Shown here in pieces: positions 46,539 through 57,638 of a stretch of 64,000 nt of DNA. Made by a program: the position numbers and the translations under genes. The number at the start of each line of letters is the position of its first letter. Positions within the stretch are counted from its first letter, which is position 1. Location: positions 39,245-103,244 of the forward strand of contig JAGOSL010000001.1 of the NCBI GenBank assembly GCA_018062345.1, in the 5' to 3' direction. The notes under the pieces were generated by a model, which was not told the origin of the DNA, did not search any database, and saw only the letters and a list, made by a program, of their open reading frames with translations. Source of the stretch: Pseudomonadota bacterium (GTDB lineage Bacteria; Pseudomonadota; Alphaproteobacteria; Paracaedibacterales; CAITNM01).

Positions 46539-47621
46539 ATGGAGCTTTTATACTTACCGATGGCAGATATTTATGTTTCTTTGCCTTTGCTTTTTGCAAT
46601 TGGCATAGGGGGTGGAATTATATCGTCTATGCTAGGTATTGGCGGGGGAGTGCTTATTACCCCTAGCTTAATGAGTATTGGAGTGCCCTCTGCTGTTGCT
46701 ATTTCAACCCAATTAAATAATTCTGTTGGAACTAATTTTAGTGGATTCTTAGCATACCAGCAGGAGCGAGATGTAGATATTAGCTTGGCTTGGTATTTAT
46801 TTATAGGGGGGCTTGCTGGAGCTTTGGCGGAAGAGTTTGCTCTTACTCACGTTGAAAGTAGGGCAGGTAGCTACGCTGTTTTAAAAATCATTGTGTTTTT
46901 AGTGGTTGTAATTAGTAGTATTGTTACCTTGGTGCAATCCCAGCGACAAATTCAGGTTGGGATTGAAAAAGGCGCAATGATGCGGCGTTGGATGATTTAT
47001 TTTCCCTGGCATAAAATTTTTCTGAGATCACGTGTGGAAATGAGTATCTTGGTGCCAATCGGAGTGGGGTTTTTTACAGGCACAGTTACTACTAGCTTGG
47101 GAGGCGGAAATAGCCTTTTGATGGCGCCAATTATTATGTACTTGTTGGGACGAAGTTCTCCTGTTGTTTCTGGTACTTCGCTGTTAGCAGGTTTTGGAAT
47201 TAATATGGTGGTTACGTTTATCACAAGTGTTGGAAGGGCACCTGTTGATTTTGTGTTGCTTCCAATTCTTGTGGTAAGTAGCACAATTGGCTCAATAATT
47301 GGGGTAAGACTAGCTTATAAGTTTAGCACAAAAACCTTAAAAGTATTTGGTGGTTTTGTTTTGATGGCCATAGCTTCTAAGATGTATTTTTCTTTAAAAG
47401 CAGCGAACTGGCAGACAGCTTCAAAGGGAAAAAATTTCTTTAACAAGTTTCCTTTGATTTTAAAAAAGATCCAGGCTATGCCAGACCAAAACTGGATGTT
47501 ATCTATTACTCAATATGCATACGATTTTCCGGTGGAATATACGATTATAACGCTTCTATCTGTTACTGTTTTTGCTGCCATAGTGCAGTTTTTTATTAAT
47601 CGTATTGTTTGGCGACAATAG
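46539..47621 (+). CDS. TauE/SafE (DUF81) family anion-exporter-like membrane protein
   Basis: Polytopic, with GIGGGVLITP and a second GGGNSLLMAP motif typical of duplicated DUF81 halves. Confidence 0.6.
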   Translation: MELLYLPMADIYVSLPLLFAIGIGGGIISSMLGIGGGVLITPSLMSIGVPSAVAISTQLNNSVGTNFSGFLAYQQERDVDISLAWYLFIGGLAGALAEEFALTHVESRAGSYAVLKIIVFLVVVISSIVTLVQSQRQIQVGIEKGAMMRRWMIYFPWHKIFLRSRVEMSILVPIGVGFFTGTVTTSLGGGNSLLMAPIIMYLLGRSSPVVSGTSLLAGFGINMVVTFITSVGRAPVDFVLLPILVVSSTIGSIIGVRLAYKFSTKTLKVFGGFVLMAIASKMYFSLKAANWQTASKGKNFFNKFPLILKKIQAMPDQNWMLSITQYAYDFPVEYTIITLLSVTVFAAIVQFFINRIVWRQ

Positions 47622-48752
47622 ATGTTTTCCAGATTTTTGTTTCGTTTGTTACTTGTTTTGTGCATTGCAAGCATTAGTATTTGGTATTATTTTCAGCCCT
47701 CTTCTGCACATCCAGAAGATAATTACGTAAACGTGTACTGTTGGTATGGATTGATTGATGCAGAAACAATTAGAGAATTTGAAAATGAAACAGGAATAAC
47801 AGTTCGTTTGGATGCTTACGATAACAATGAAGTTTTAGAGGCAAAGCTTCTTGCTAGTAATAGTGGTTTTGACGTTGTATTCCCATCAGCTACTCCATAT
47901 GTAGCGTGGCAAATTCAAGCAGGTGTGTACCAAAAACTTGATAAAAATTTAATACCAAATATTGGAGGGCTTGATCCGGTAGTGGTGCGTTGGATGCGTG
48001 CTGTTGATAAAGATCTTGTTTATTCTATTCCCTATTTCTGGGGAACGATTGGTATTATCTATAATAAAGATGTGCTGAGGGAAGTATTTCCAAATGGCTT
48101 TGTGCAAAATTTGAGTTTATTGTTTGATCCAATCAATCTTAAAAAACTTAAAAAATACGGAATTTCATTGCTTGAAGAGGGGGTAGATGTTATTCCGTTT
48201 GCTTTGATGTATTTAGGTGAAAATCCAAATAGTGCATCTTCACAAGATATTGATGTGGCGGCAAGGCATCTTGTGAAAATGCGACCGTATATAAAGAGAT
48301 TTACATCATCAAGAGTTGTTAATGACATTGTTTTGGGTGATACGGCAATAGCTCTTGTTTGGTCTGGTGAAGCTCAGGAAGCTATTCGTGATGCAAAGGA
48401 GCAAGGTAAAAATATTGAGTATTTTATTCCGCCGGAAGGTTCTATTGCATGGATTGATGCTATGGCAATTCCAAGGGGAGCGCCACATCCGAAAAATGCG
48501 CATGCTTTTATTAATTTTTTACTAAAGCCCCAGATCGCAGCGCGAATTTGTAAAAATACAGCCCATGGTGTTGCTGTGTTAGGTGCTAAAAAATATATGC
48601 CTGCTAATATTTTAAATAATGAACAAATTTATCCCGGGAAAAAGACGCTGAAAAAGCTTTTTTTGAATGCTCCCCCAAAAACACAAAAAGAACTACAATT
48701 TGAACGAGAGCGGACACGTATTTGGGCGAAAATACGCCTCAATGATTATTAG
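47622..48752 (+). CDS. potF: Periplasmic polyamine-binding protein (PotF/PotD family)
   Basis: Signal-like N-terminus. Size and ...YFWGTIGIIYNK...WSGEA... motifs fit the PotD/PotF family. First gene of the binding-protein/ATPase/permease/permease order seen in potFGHI. Confidence 0.7.
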   Translation: MFSRFLFRLLLVLCIASISIWYYFQPSSAHPEDNYVNVYCWYGLIDAETIREFENETGITVRLDAYDNNEVLEAKLLASNSGFDVVFPSATPYVAWQIQAGVYQKLDKNLIPNIGGLDPVVVRWMRAVDKDLVYSIPYFWGTIGIIYNKDVLREVFPNGFVQNLSLLFDPINLKKLKKYGISLLEEGVDVIPFALMYLGENPNSASSQDIDVAARHLVKMRPYIKRFTSSRVVNDIVLGDTAIALVWSGEAQEAIRDAKEQGKNIEYFIPPEGSIAWIDAMAIPRGAPHPKNAHAFINFLLKPQIAARICKNTAHGVAVLGAKKYMPANILNNEQIYPGKKTLKKLFLNAPPKTQKELQFERERTRIWAKIRLNDY

Positions 48753-48763
48753 GAAAGATAGAT

Positions 48764-49915
48764 ATGTCTATTATTGGAAAAAAGGAAAACTTAAGAAATT
48801 TGGAACCTTGGCAAGATCCGAATGTTAAGCCTTATGTTTTGATAGAGAACGTTAGTAAGAATTTCGGTACAACTGTAGCAGTTAAAAATCTTTCACTTTC
48901 TATTTATCGAGGGGAGCTTTTTGCATTGCTGGGAGCTTCTGGATGTGGAAAATCAACTTTATTACGTATTCTTGCTGGTCTTGAAAAGCCATCAAGTGGA
49001 CGTATTGTTATTGATGATTTAGACATCACGGATTTGCCGCCTTACAAGCGCCCTGTTAGCATGATGTTTCAATCGTATGCCTTATTTCCGCATATGACAG
49101 TGCAAGAAAATATCAGTTTTGGTTTAAAACAAGAAAAGCTTTCAAAAAGTCAGATTAATGAGCGGGTTGACGAAGTGCTTGATTTGGTTCAACTGCGAAA
49201 ATATCGCGATAGAAAGCCGGATCGGCTTTCTGGAGGCCAGCAGCAGCGGGTTGCCCTAGCTCGTAGTCTTGCTAAAAGACCTAAACTACTTTTGCTAGAT
49301 GAACCATTAGGGGCTTTAGATAAAAAGTTGCGTGAAAAAACTCAATTTGAGCTGGTAAATATTCAAGAGAGAGTTGGAATCACTTTCGTTGTGGTGACGC
49401 ACGACCAGGAAGAAGCAATGACAATGTCTAGTCGTATTGGCATTATGGACGAGGGGCAGATTAGGCAGATTGGAAAGCCGCATGAAATTTATGAATTTCC
49501 CCACTCACGTTTTGTTGCAGAATTCATAGGATCAATGAATATGTTTGAAGGTGTTGTTGTTGAAGATGAGCCAGATCATGTATTAATTGAATCATCTGAA
49601 GCTGGCTGTGAGCTATATGTTACGCATGCTGCTTCAATGCCTGTTGGTGCTAATGTCACGGTAGCAGTGCGTCCTGAAAAAGTGATGATTTCAACTAACC
49701 CTAATCCTAATTTGGGGAAAAATTGCACCAAAGGTATTGTGCGTGAAATTGCATATTTAGGTGATATTAGTATTTATCATGTGCAGCTTGAATCGGGGAA
49801 AATTATTCAAGCATCATTACCTAATTTACTTCGTTTGTCAGAGCGTGATGTAAAGTGGGATGATGAAGTTTATTTGTTTTGGCGTCCTGAAAATGGGGTT
49901 GTTTTAAGCGTATGA
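48764..49915 (+). CDS. potG: Polyamine ABC transporter ATPase
   Basis: [30 protein letters not shown], plus a C-terminal TOBE-like domain. Confidence 0.8.
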   Translation: MSIIGKKENLRNLEPWQDPNVKPYVLIENVSKNFGTTVAVKNLSLSIYRGELFALLGASGCGKSTLLRILAGLEKPSSGRIVIDDLDITDLPPYKRPVSMMFQSYALFPHMTVQENISFGLKQEKLSKSQINERVDEVLDLVQLRKYRDRKPDRLSGGQQQRVALARSLAKRPKLLLLDEPLGALDKKLREKTQFELVNIQERVGITFVVVTHDQEEAMTMSSRIGIMDEGQIRQIGKPHEIYEFPHSRFVAEFIGSMNMFEGVVVEDEPDHVLIESSEAGCELYVTHAASMPVGANVTVAVRPEKVMISTNPNPNLGKNCTKGIVREIAYLGDISIYHVQLESGKIIQASLPNLLRLSERDVKWDDEVYLFWRPENGVVLSV

Positions 49916-50862
49916 TTTTACGGATAGTAGAAAATTTTCGAGCGTTTTTGTGGGGTGAGCTTCTTTATATAGCAAGGCAATTGCGCGAAAAATGGTTTCT
50001 TATTTCCACACCATACGTGTGGCTTACGTTATTCTTTCTTTTTCCGTTTCTGATTATTTTGAAAATCAGTTTCTCAGAACTGCAAGTAAGCATGCCCCCT
50101 TTTCGAGATATTGTTGAATGGACTCCAGACTTGCTTTTAAAAATTAGGCTGCATTTTGAAAGTTATTGGATAGTTTTTACTGATAATTTTTATATTCATG
50201 CAGTATTTAGTTCTTTGAAAATTGCTCTGTTTTCAACTACTGGATGTTTAATTATAGGCTACATGATTGCTTATAGTATTTCACGTGTAAAAATTTCTTG
50301 GAGAATGCCACTGTTATTAATGATTGCATTACCCTTTTGGACTTCATTTCTTATTCGGGTTTATGCATGGATGGCGATGCTAAGTAGCAAAGGGCTTGTT
50401 AATAGTATTTTGCTAAAGCTTCATATCATTAGTAACCCGTTACAATTGCTTGATAATGATGCTGCGGTTTGTTTGGGAATTAGCTACTGTTATTTGCCGT
50501 TTATGGTTTTTCCTATTTATGCATCTTTAATAAAAATCAATGATGATTTTATAGAAGCTGCTCATGATTTAGGTTGTTCACCTTGGCGTGCTTTTTGGTC
50601 TGTGACCGTGCCGCTATCTAAGCAAGGAATTATTGCGGGCATTATTCTTGTATTTTTGCCATCAATCGGGGAATTTGTAATTCCAGAAATTCTTGGTGGG
50701 CCTGAAACCATAACTATTGGGCGAGTGCTGTGGTGGGAATTTTTCAATAATCGAAACTGGCCTTTGGCAAGTGCAGTGGCTGTTCTTATGATATTACTAT
50801 TTGTTGTGCCAATTATGATTTTAAGAAACCGTCAATTAGACGCTACAGAAAAGGCATCGTAA
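49912..50862 (+). CDS. potH: Polyamine ABC transporter permease
   Basis: 316-aa permease with EAA-loop-like IEAAHDLGCSPWRAFWSVTVP. 4-nt overlap with the ATPase gene. Confidence 0.7.
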   Translation: MILRIVENFRAFLWGELLYIARQLREKWFLISTPYVWLTLFFLFPFLIILKISFSELQVSMPPFRDIVEWTPDLLLKIRLHFESYWIVFTDNFYIHAVFSSLKIALFSTTGCLIIGYMIAYSISRVKISWRMPLLLMIALPFWTSFLIRVYAWMAMLSSKGLVNSILLKLHIISNPLQLLDNDAAVCLGISYCYLPFMVFPIYASLIKINDDFIEAAHDLGCSPWRAFWSVTVPLSKQGIIAGIILVFLPSIGEFVIPEILGGPETITIGRVLWWEFFNNRNWPLASAVAVLMILLFVVPIMILRNRQLDATEKAS

Positions 50863-50864
50863 AT

Positions 50865-51674
50865 ATGGTTCGTTTTTCTAAGTTTAATTTGGCTGCACTC
50901 ATTTTTGGGTATGGCTTTTTATACGTTCCTATTTTGTATTTGATGGTGTATTCGTTTAATGATTCTAGGATTATTGGAGTTTGGGCTGGATTTTCAACGC
51001 GTTGGTATAGGCAATTATTTGAAGATGACACTTTAATTCGTGCCGTATTAAATAGTTTTGAAATTGCATCGATTGTTGCGACCTTAGCCGTAGCGCTTGG
51101 TACAATGGCAGCTATTGTTATGGTTCGTTTTAAGCGGTTTCGTGGAAAAACCTTATTTAGTGGTTTAATTTCAGCGCCATTGGTTATGCCGGAAGTTATT
51201 ACAGGTCTTGCCTTATTATTAATGTTTGTAACGTTAGAGCGTGCTATAGGGTGGCCATCTGAGCGTGGCATGCTAACCATTATCATTGCTCATATTACCC
51301 TTACAATGTCTTATGTGTATTTAGTTGTTCAGGCGCGTTTGGTTGATTTTGATCAATCCTTAGAGGAAGCTGCGATGGATCTTGGGGCTAAGCCATCCAC
51401 GGTATTTTTTAAAATTACACTACCGTTGATTTTTCCGTCTTTACTTGCTGGATGGTTACTAGCCTTTGCTCTATCATTAGACGATGTAGTGATTGCTAGT
51501 TTTTTGGCTGGCCCTGGATCTACAACGTTGCCAATACTTGTGTTTTCAAGTGTTCGAACAGGCGTTACGCCAGAGCTTAATGCCTTGGCTACAATCATTG
51601 TTGGTATTGTAAGTGTGGGCATTCTTATTAGTGGCCTTATTATGCATCGCCGAGCGGCAAGAAAGGCTTATTAG
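50865..51674 (+). CDS. potI: Polyamine ABC transporter permease
   Basis: 269-aa permease with LEEAAMDLGAKPSTVFFKITLP. Confidence 0.7.
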   Translation: MVRFSKFNLAALIFGYGFLYVPILYLMVYSFNDSRIIGVWAGFSTRWYRQLFEDDTLIRAVLNSFEIASIVATLAVALGTMAAIVMVRFKRFRGKTLFSGLISAPLVMPEVITGLALLLMFVTLERAIGWPSERGMLTIIIAHITLTMSYVYLVVQARLVDFDQSLEEAAMDLGAKPSTVFFKITLPLIFPSLLAGWLLAFALSLDDVVIASFLAGPGSTTLPILVFSSVRTGVTPELNALATIIVGIVSVGILISGLIMHRRAARKAY

Positions 51675-51684
51675 CTTTTACTTT

Positions 51685-52992
51685 CTACAAAATAAACCTT
51701 GAAAGATCTTGGTTTTGCGCTAGATTTGAGACTTTTTCTTCTACGTATTTTTTTGTGATGGTAAACGTTTCACCAGCAAGATCTGGCCCTGTAAAGCTAA
51801 CTTCCTCTAGCAGTTTTTCTAGAATAGTATGCAACCTGCGGGCCCCGATATTTTCAATTTCTTCGTTGATTTTTGCTGCAAGTTCAGCGATGGCTTGAAT
51901 TGCATCTTTTTTAAAGTCTAGAGTAACGCCTTCGGTTTTTAGCATTTCGACTGATTGAAGAATTAGATTTGCTTCGGGTTCAGTGAGAATGCGTATAAAG
52001 TCATCTTTGCTTAATGCTTTTAGTTCTACGCGTATTGGCAGGCGTCCTTGTAATTCAGGTAATAAATCAGATGGCTTAGATACATGAAATGCCCCGCTAG
52101 TAATAAATAAAACATGATCAGTTTTTATGGGCCCATATTTTGTAGAAACAGTTGTACCTTCGATAAGTGGTAGTAGATCACGTTGGACGCCTTCGCGGCT
52201 AACGTCACCTCCGCGATGTTCTGTTCGTGCACAAATTTTGTCGATTTCATCAAGAAAAACAATGCCGTTTTGTTCCACGTGTTTTATTGCACTAGCGACA
52301 ATTTTTTCTTGATCAAGAAGTTTGTCTGATTCCTCAGTTAGCAGGAGTTGTTGTGCTTCTTTTACGGAAATATTTTTTGTTTTTGTTTTGTTACCAAATG
52401 CTTTGCCAAAAACATCACTAATATTAATCATTCCCATTTGTGCGCCTGGCATTCCTGGCACATCAAAAGTTGGCATTGAGTTGGTATTATCTTGAACTTC
52501 AACATCAATTAGTTTTTCGTCTAATTCACCTGTGTGGAGCATGCGCCTGAATTTTTGACGTGTATCTGGGGTTGCCGTGGATCCCACTAAGGCATCAAGG
52601 ATTTTTTCTTCAGTTAGAATGACTGCACGTTCTTTTACTTCAACACGTAAGTTTTCGCGCTGCATATGGATGCTGAGTTCAACGAGATCACGAATGATTT
52701 GCTCAACATCTCTTCCGACGTAACCAATTTCTGTAAATTTTGTTGCTTCAACTTTAATGAATGGGGCGTTTGCTAGTCTTGCTAGTCGTCTAGCAATTTC
52801 TGTTTTTCCAACGCCTGTTGGGCCAATCATAAGAATATTTTTTGGCAAAACTTCATCAATAAGCTCTGGAGATAATTGCATGCGTCTCCAGCGATTACGC
52901 AAAGCAACGGCTACAGCTCGTTTGGCATCTTGTTGGCCAACAATAAAACGGTCTAGTTCAATAACAATTTCTTTGGGGGTAAGTTGGGTCAT
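51685..52992 (-). CDS. hslU: ATP-dependent protease ATPase subunit HslU
   Basis: [37 protein letters not shown]...[15 protein letters not shown]... Confidence 0.95.
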   Translation of the reverse strand: MTQLTPKEIVIELDRFIVGQQDAKRAVAVALRNRWRRMQLSPELIDEVLPKNILMIGPTGVGKTEIARRLARLANAPFIKVEATKFTEIGYVGRDVEQIIRDLVELSIHMQRENLRVEVKERAVILTEEKILDALVGSTATPDTRQKFRRMLHTGELDEKLIDVEVQDNTNSMPTFDVPGMPGAQMGMINISDVFGKAFGNKTKTKNISVKEAQQLLLTEESDKLLDQEKIVASAIKHVEQNGIVFLDEIDKICARTEHRGGDVSREGVQRDLLPLIEGTTVSTKYGPIKTDHVLFITSGAFHVSKPSDLLPELQGRLPIRVELKALSKDDFIRILTEPEANLILQSVEMLKTEGVTLDFKKDAIQAIAELAAKINEEIENIGARRLHTILEKLLEEVSFTGPDLAGETFTITKKYVEEKVSNLAQNQDLSRFIL

Positions 52993-53549
52993 TCGCTTAA
53001 AGTTTCTATGATGATTTGGTTATTTGTATAAATGCAAAGTTCTGATGCAATTTCTAACGAGCGTTTAGCTATAATATCAATATCTAAAATAACATCAGGA
53101 ACGCTTAACATTCCTTTAGCTGCAGACAGGGCGTATCCACCACCTGAACCAATTGAAATAACGTCATCGTCAGGTTCAATTACGTCGCCATTACCGCTCA
53201 TTAAGAAGGTTTTTTGAGTGTCTGCAACAATCATCATGGCTTCTAAACGCCGAAGATATTTGTCTGTGCGCCAATCTTTTGCCATTTCAACGCAGGCTCG
53301 CGCGAGTTGGGTGGGGTGCTGATCTAGTTTTGCTTCAAGCCTTTCAAGTAGTGCGAAAGCATCTGCTGTGGCCCCTGCAAAACCGGCAAGAACTTTTCCA
53401 CTGCCAATTTTTCGAATTTTTCTGGCTTTACCTTTCATGATTTGTGCACCTAACGTGACTTGACCATCACCTGCCATTACAACGTGATTAGCTCTTCTTA
53501 TAGCAAGTATGGTAGTGCCATAAATTGTTTGTGAATCATGCGAAATCAT
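52989..53549 (-). CDS. hslV: ATP-dependent protease subunit HslV
   Basis: ...[24 protein letters not shown]...GSGG.YA... 4-nt overlap with hslU. Confidence 0.95.
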   Translation of the reverse strand: MISHDSQTIYGTTILAIRRANHVVMAGDGQVTLGAQIMKGKARKIRKIGSGKVLAGFAGATADAFALLERLEAKLDQHPTQLARACVEMAKDWRTDKYLRRLEAMMIVADTQKTFLMSGNGDVIEPDDDVISIGSGGGYALSAAKGMLSVPDVILDIDIIAKRSLEIASELCIYTNNQIIIETLSE

Positions 53550-53611
53550 ATCAATACCATTTGGTTTTTAATTCCAGACTGGTCTACAGGCTATCACAAA
53601 CCTTAACTTAT

Positions 53612-55054
53612 TTATACAGAATTTCTTGAAAAATTTGGCATTGGGCGATATCCAAAGAAGACTATAAAGTTTGCAAGAATTCCCCAAATACTTATTTCAA
53701 AATAAGCTGAATGTTTTAGTGATAAAAGGCGAATAACAGTAACAACAGAAATGCCTGTAATGGCACCGTATAAGAAAGCTTTTTTAGGGCGTTGAACACC
53801 CATTACACCAGCAACGAATGGAACTAATATTATTGGTGTCCAGAACATATACGCTTCAAGTAAAATATCAATGGCACTTTCTAGGGATAGGGTAAATAGC
53901 AGCCCTGATAATGCAACAACATAGGTTGAGTATTTTGAGATCAGCAATTTTTGTGCTCGGGTTAAGCGGGGAATAATAGGTGTAAGTACATCGTGCGTGA
54001 TTGAAACAGATGCAGCATTTAAAAATGAGTCTGCAGAGGATAAAATAATCGCCATCATGCCAGCAATTGCAAGTCCTTTTAGGCCTGTAGGCATAGACTC
54101 GAGCACAACATATGGCAATGCAAGATTAGGATTTAAATCAGGATTCATTGTTACTGCAATAATTCCAATTAACCCAATCATCAAGAAAAAAGGTATGGAA
54201 AGAAGACCACTAGCCATATTGCCTTTTATTGTATCTTTTATAGTTTTTCCTATAAGTAATCGTTGTACATAAGGAGGCACTAGTGTTTCTCCAAAGAAAA
54301 AGCTCAAAAATATGAGTGCGATAGATGAGTAGGAAATATTATTGGAAAAATTCATAGAGCTGTAAAAATATAATTTCTCAAAACCACCAATCGCTTGAGT
54401 ACCAAAATAAAATACTAGTGGTAGCGAGACCATTAATACACAAAAATGTAATGTATCATTTGCAACAACAGCGCGCATTCCTCCGGCTCCTGCATATGTC
54501 ATAATAATTAATGCACAGATAAATGCACCAAAATGAGAAGAAATTCCAAGAAGTACGTTACAAATATGACCAAAGGCCATTAATTGGGCGCCAAGTATTC
54601 CGGCGCACACTAGAAATGCGGATATGCCTGTGAATATTTTTGTGCGTCTGCCATAAAGTTGTCCCATAATATCACCAACAGAGTGTGCCGATGGAAAATT
54701 TACCATTTTAGGTGCGATATATTTTGCTACTAAAATTTCTTTTAGGCTAAATCCCCACAATGCAATTATGTAGATTAAGCCTAAGCTATAGACTTTTTCT
54801 GCAAGTCCTGTGGTGAATCCCCCACCAATAAAAGATGACGCTAGAGTAGCTGTGATAAAAAATGTTGTGTAGTGCCTTCCGCCTGTTGCGAAATCATCAA
54901 GCGTTTTTACTTTTCTTGCGGCTATCCAGCCGATTGAGATAATCGCAATAATATATAAAACTAAAATAAAAAGATCGACAGAGGATAAATTCACAAAATA
55001 ACATTCTGCTAAAATATGGTTATCATTAGAGCCTAGTTCTTGGAAATTATTCAA
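53612..55054 (-). CDS. Sodium:solute symporter family (SSF) transporter
   Basis: 480 aa with about 13 predicted TM segments. ...DDFATGGRHY... near TM2, as in the PutP/PanF family. Substrate unknown. Confidence 0.65.
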   Translation of the reverse strand: MNNFQELGSNDNHILAECYFVNLSSVDLFILVLYIIAIISIGWIAARKVKTLDDFATGGRHYTTFFITATLASSFIGGGFTTGLAEKVYSLGLIYIIALWGFSLKEILVAKYIAPKMVNFPSAHSVGDIMGQLYGRRTKIFTGISAFLVCAGILGAQLMAFGHICNVLLGISSHFGAFICALIIMTYAGAGGMRAVVANDTLHFCVLMVSLPLVFYFGTQAIGGFEKLYFYSSMNFSNNISYSSIALIFLSFFFGETLVPPYVQRLLIGKTIKDTIKGNMASGLLSIPFFLMIGLIGIIAVTMNPDLNPNLALPYVVLESMPTGLKGLAIAGMMAIILSSADSFLNAASVSITHDVLTPIIPRLTRAQKLLISKYSTYVVALSGLLFTLSLESAIDILLEAYMFWTPIILVPFVAGVMGVQRPKKAFLYGAITGISVVTVIRLLSLKHSAYFEISIWGILANFIVFFGYRPMPNFSRNSV

Positions 55055-55073
55055 GATCTAAAAAAGTGATGAA

Positions 55074-56477
55074 TTAAGCGACTGCTTTTAACTGATTTTT
55101 CAGCATTAAAACAAGTTCTTGAAGACGTTGAGATAATGATCCTTTTAAGAATATGCTTTCGCCACCTTCCAAGCTATTGATAAGCTCTTCTTTAAGGTCA
55201 TCAACACTTTCGAACCAAGAGCCACGTTTTTCCTTTATTGTGGTTTCGAAAAGGCATTTAGCTTGTTCTCCGATTACATGAACGACATCAATAGGCAGAT
55301 TATTTATAAACTCACCTAATTCTTTGTGATACTGTTCGCTGTTTTCTCCGAGTTCTCCCATTTGACCAATTATTGCGATTTTACGACCTTCGTGGTTCAT
55401 TGTGCAGAAGGATTTTAGCCCCGCTATCATGGATGCTGGATTAGCATTATATGCATCGTCAAAAACAAAGATGGTACGTCCATTGTCAAGTTGTAATCGA
55501 AACATTTGCCCTCGTCCAACCATGGGTTGTGCTTTTGCTAAATGCTGCATGACTTGTCCAAGGTCTAAGCCAAGTATTTCAGCACTAAGCAGAACGTATA
55601 GGCTATTAAATGCGTAGTGCTCTCCTGCAAATTGTAGGGGATATGCTACTATTTTTCCGAAAATTTCCACGGTGATTAATGAACTTTTTCCTTGGTGTAT
55701 AGGCTGATAATGCAAAAGTCGGGCGTCGGAGCCAGCTTGTCGTCCTGCGGTAAATATATTTTTTATTCCTCTGTCTTGAGCATTTTCTTTCATGCGTTCG
55801 AATAAAGGATGATCTCCGTGCATCAGAGCAGCGCCATTTTTATTAAGGCTAGCAAAAATACTAGATTTCTCATCAGCAATCTCTTCGAGTGATCCCATAT
55901 TGCCGATATGAGAGGGGGCGATTGTGGTAATAATTGCAAGGTCTGGTTTAATCATATTGGCGAGGGGAAGAATTTCTCCTTTATGGTTCATGCCTACTTC
56001 AAACACTCCAAAGGCGGTGTCATGACGCAACATGGCTAAGCTTAATGGAACGCCCAGATGATTATTGTAGCTGGCTTTAGAATAAATGGTTGGCCCAAAA
56101 TAATGTAAGGTAGAGCGCAACATTTCTTTTGTTGTTGTTTTCCCGACGCTTCCCGTAACTGCAATTGTTCTAATATTTGTTGCAAGGGATCTGCTGTATT
56201 GACCAAGATCATTTAGCGCTTGCTGAGAGTTTTTAACATAAATTATTTTATCTTGATCGCTGGTGTTAGGGGGAGTGCGTTCGACAATTGCGCATACAGC
56301 GCCATTGTCTAGTGCTTGACGCACAAAATTATGGCCATCTTGGTTGCCTAAAAGTGCTATAAAAATATCGCCTTGTTGTACCTGACGACTATCAACGCAT
56401 AAAGTATAGGCATTAAAAGAAAAAGGGACTTCCAGTTTTAGAGCATTTTTTAAGGTTTCATTATTCCAACGAGCCAT
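55074..56477 (-). CDS. murF: UDP-N-acetylmuramoyl-tripeptide--D-alanyl-D-alanine ligase
   Basis: ...DSRQVQQGDIFIAL...VTGSVGKTTTKEML...DDAYNANP... Confidence 0.9.
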   Translation of the reverse strand: MARWNNETLKNALKLEVPFSFNAYTLCVDSRQVQQGDIFIALLGNQDGHNFVRQALDNGAVCAIVERTPPNTSDQDKIIYVKNSQQALNDLGQYSRSLATNIRTIAVTGSVGKTTTKEMLRSTLHYFGPTIYSKASYNNHLGVPLSLAMLRHDTAFGVFEVGMNHKGEILPLANMIKPDLAIITTIAPSHIGNMGSLEEIADEKSSIFASLNKNGAALMHGDHPLFERMKENAQDRGIKNIFTAGRQAGSDARLLHYQPIHQGKSSLITVEIFGKIVAYPLQFAGEHYAFNSLYVLLSAEILGLDLGQVMQHLAKAQPMVGRGQMFRLQLDNGRTIFVFDDAYNANPASMIAGLKSFCTMNHEGRKIAIIGQMGELGENSEQYHKELGEFINNLPIDVVHVIGEQAKCLFETTIKEKRGSWFESVDDLKEELINSLEGGESIFLKGSLSQRLQELVLMLKNQLKAVA

Positions 56478-56498
56478 GATCCCAAATTACTACCTTGT

Positions 56499-56954
56499 CT
56501 AAACTGTTTGTAGTAGTGATATCATATATTCATCGCTAAAGGAGGAATTTTTTTTAAGATTTTTTTCGATGTTCTTTAAGATTTCCTCAACGCACCTTGT
56601 TTGCAAAATTTTGCGTTGCTGTTGCTGCATTCGGTGAATGATTTGTTCAAAGCTTTTTTTACGGTAAGTATATTGAAGCTCTAGTTCTGCATCTAATTTG
56701 ATTTTTAGAAAATTAATTTTTTGTTCTGTGCTAATTTTTTGTTCTTCGATTTCTTTGTGTAAATGTTGTAACCGTTCTTGATAGAAAAATTTCAGTTTTT
56801 CATGTTCTGAAATACTGGTGTCTCTTTTTGAAAATTCATTCTTTATTTGTGCAATATATTGATCTAATTGTTCAGCTATGCTGGGCCAAATCTTTTTAGA
56901 AAATAGAAAAATAAAAGCAAAAAAGCTGATAAGCATGAAAAAGCTAGTATTCAT
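56499..56954 (-). CDS. atpF: F0F1 ATP synthase subunit b
   Basis: Single N-terminal TM helix plus a long charged helix. Last gene of the F0 operon. Confidence 0.7.
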   Translation of the reverse strand: MNTSFFMLISFFAFIFLFSKKIWPSIAEQLDQYIAQIKNEFSKRDTSISEHEKLKFFYQERLQHLHKEIEEQKISTEQKINFLKIKLDAELELQYTYRKKSFEQIIHRMQQQQRKILQTRCVEEILKNIEKNLKKNSSFSDEYMISLLQTV

Positions 56955-57387
56955 TTTTTATTCCTAATTTCTTGATAATCTGAGAAACAGCTTCATCGAT
57001 GATATCTTTGTAATCGGCATCGAAATTTTCATATTGGTGCTTATTATTACTTTGTAGGGAATGTAGTTCTTGTTGAATTTCTTTTTCTAGACTTTGCAGG
57101 CGATTTTCGTTGATACTACGTATGGCTGCTAGGCTTTCCTCAATGTAAAATTGCATCTCTTTTTTTGAAGTTTCCTTTTGGTCATCATAGGTTTTTTGAA
57201 GCTGCAAAATAACTTCAGATAAGCTTTGAATTTGTTGATCTGCATTTTTTTCTGTATTAATGCGCTTTTGGAAAATATTTGATAATTTGGGTAAAATTAC
57301 TCCAAGAAAAATTCCAAACATTGTTGAGAAAACAATGATAAGCCAAAAAATCTGGGAGCTATACGTGCTAGTATCAAGTTGTGGCAT
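56944..57387 (-). CDS. F0F1 ATP synthase subunit b'
   Basis: MPQLDTSTYSSQIFWLIIVF... is a typical b' N-terminus (PQLD). Its position between c and b is as in alphaproteobacteria. Confidence 0.7.
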   Translation of the reverse strand: MPQLDTSTYSSQIFWLIIVFSTMFGIFLGVILPKLSNIFQKRINTEKNADQQIQSLSEVILQLQKTYDDQKETSKKEMQFYIEESLAAIRSINENRLQSLEKEIQQELHSLQSNNKHQYENFDADYKDIIDEAVSQIIKKLGIKNEY

Positions 57388-57390
57388 AGC

Positions 57391-57618
57391 TTAGAATGCG
57401 AAGAGCATAGTCATAGCTGTTCCAAGAGCAAAAAGCATAATCGCCTCAGTTAAAGCAGCTCCAATTAAGCCGGCACGAAAGATTTCATCTTTTGCTTCAG
57501 GGTTGCGTGCAATACCAGTGACTAGTCCATTAAAAATGTTGCCCAATCCGATACCAGCACCTAAACCTGCGGTCATTGCCAAACCGGCGCCAATCATTTT
57601 TGCTGCAGCTATTTCCAT
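57391..57618 (-). CDS. atpE: F0F1 ATP synthase subunit c
   Basis: 75-aa hairpin: GAGLAM..GAGIGLG...ARNPE...LTEAIMLFAL. Confidence 0.9.
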   Translation of the reverse strand: MEIAAAKMIGAGLAMTAGLGAGIGLGNIFNGLVTGIARNPEAKDEIFRAGLIGAALTEAIMLFALGTAMTMLFAF

Positions 57619-57638
57619 TGTTTTCTCCTTTTTAAAAT

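Noticed and set aside
50843-51286. 147-aa minus-strand ORF
   Set aside because: It is antisense to the potI-like permease, which has the ABC permease EAA loop. It is a shadow ORF.
55074-56477. murF isolated from a dcw cluster, considered as an anomaly
   Set aside because: Fragmented dcw clusters are common in reduced alphaproteobacterial genomes. The gene looks intact, so this is not noteworthy on its own.
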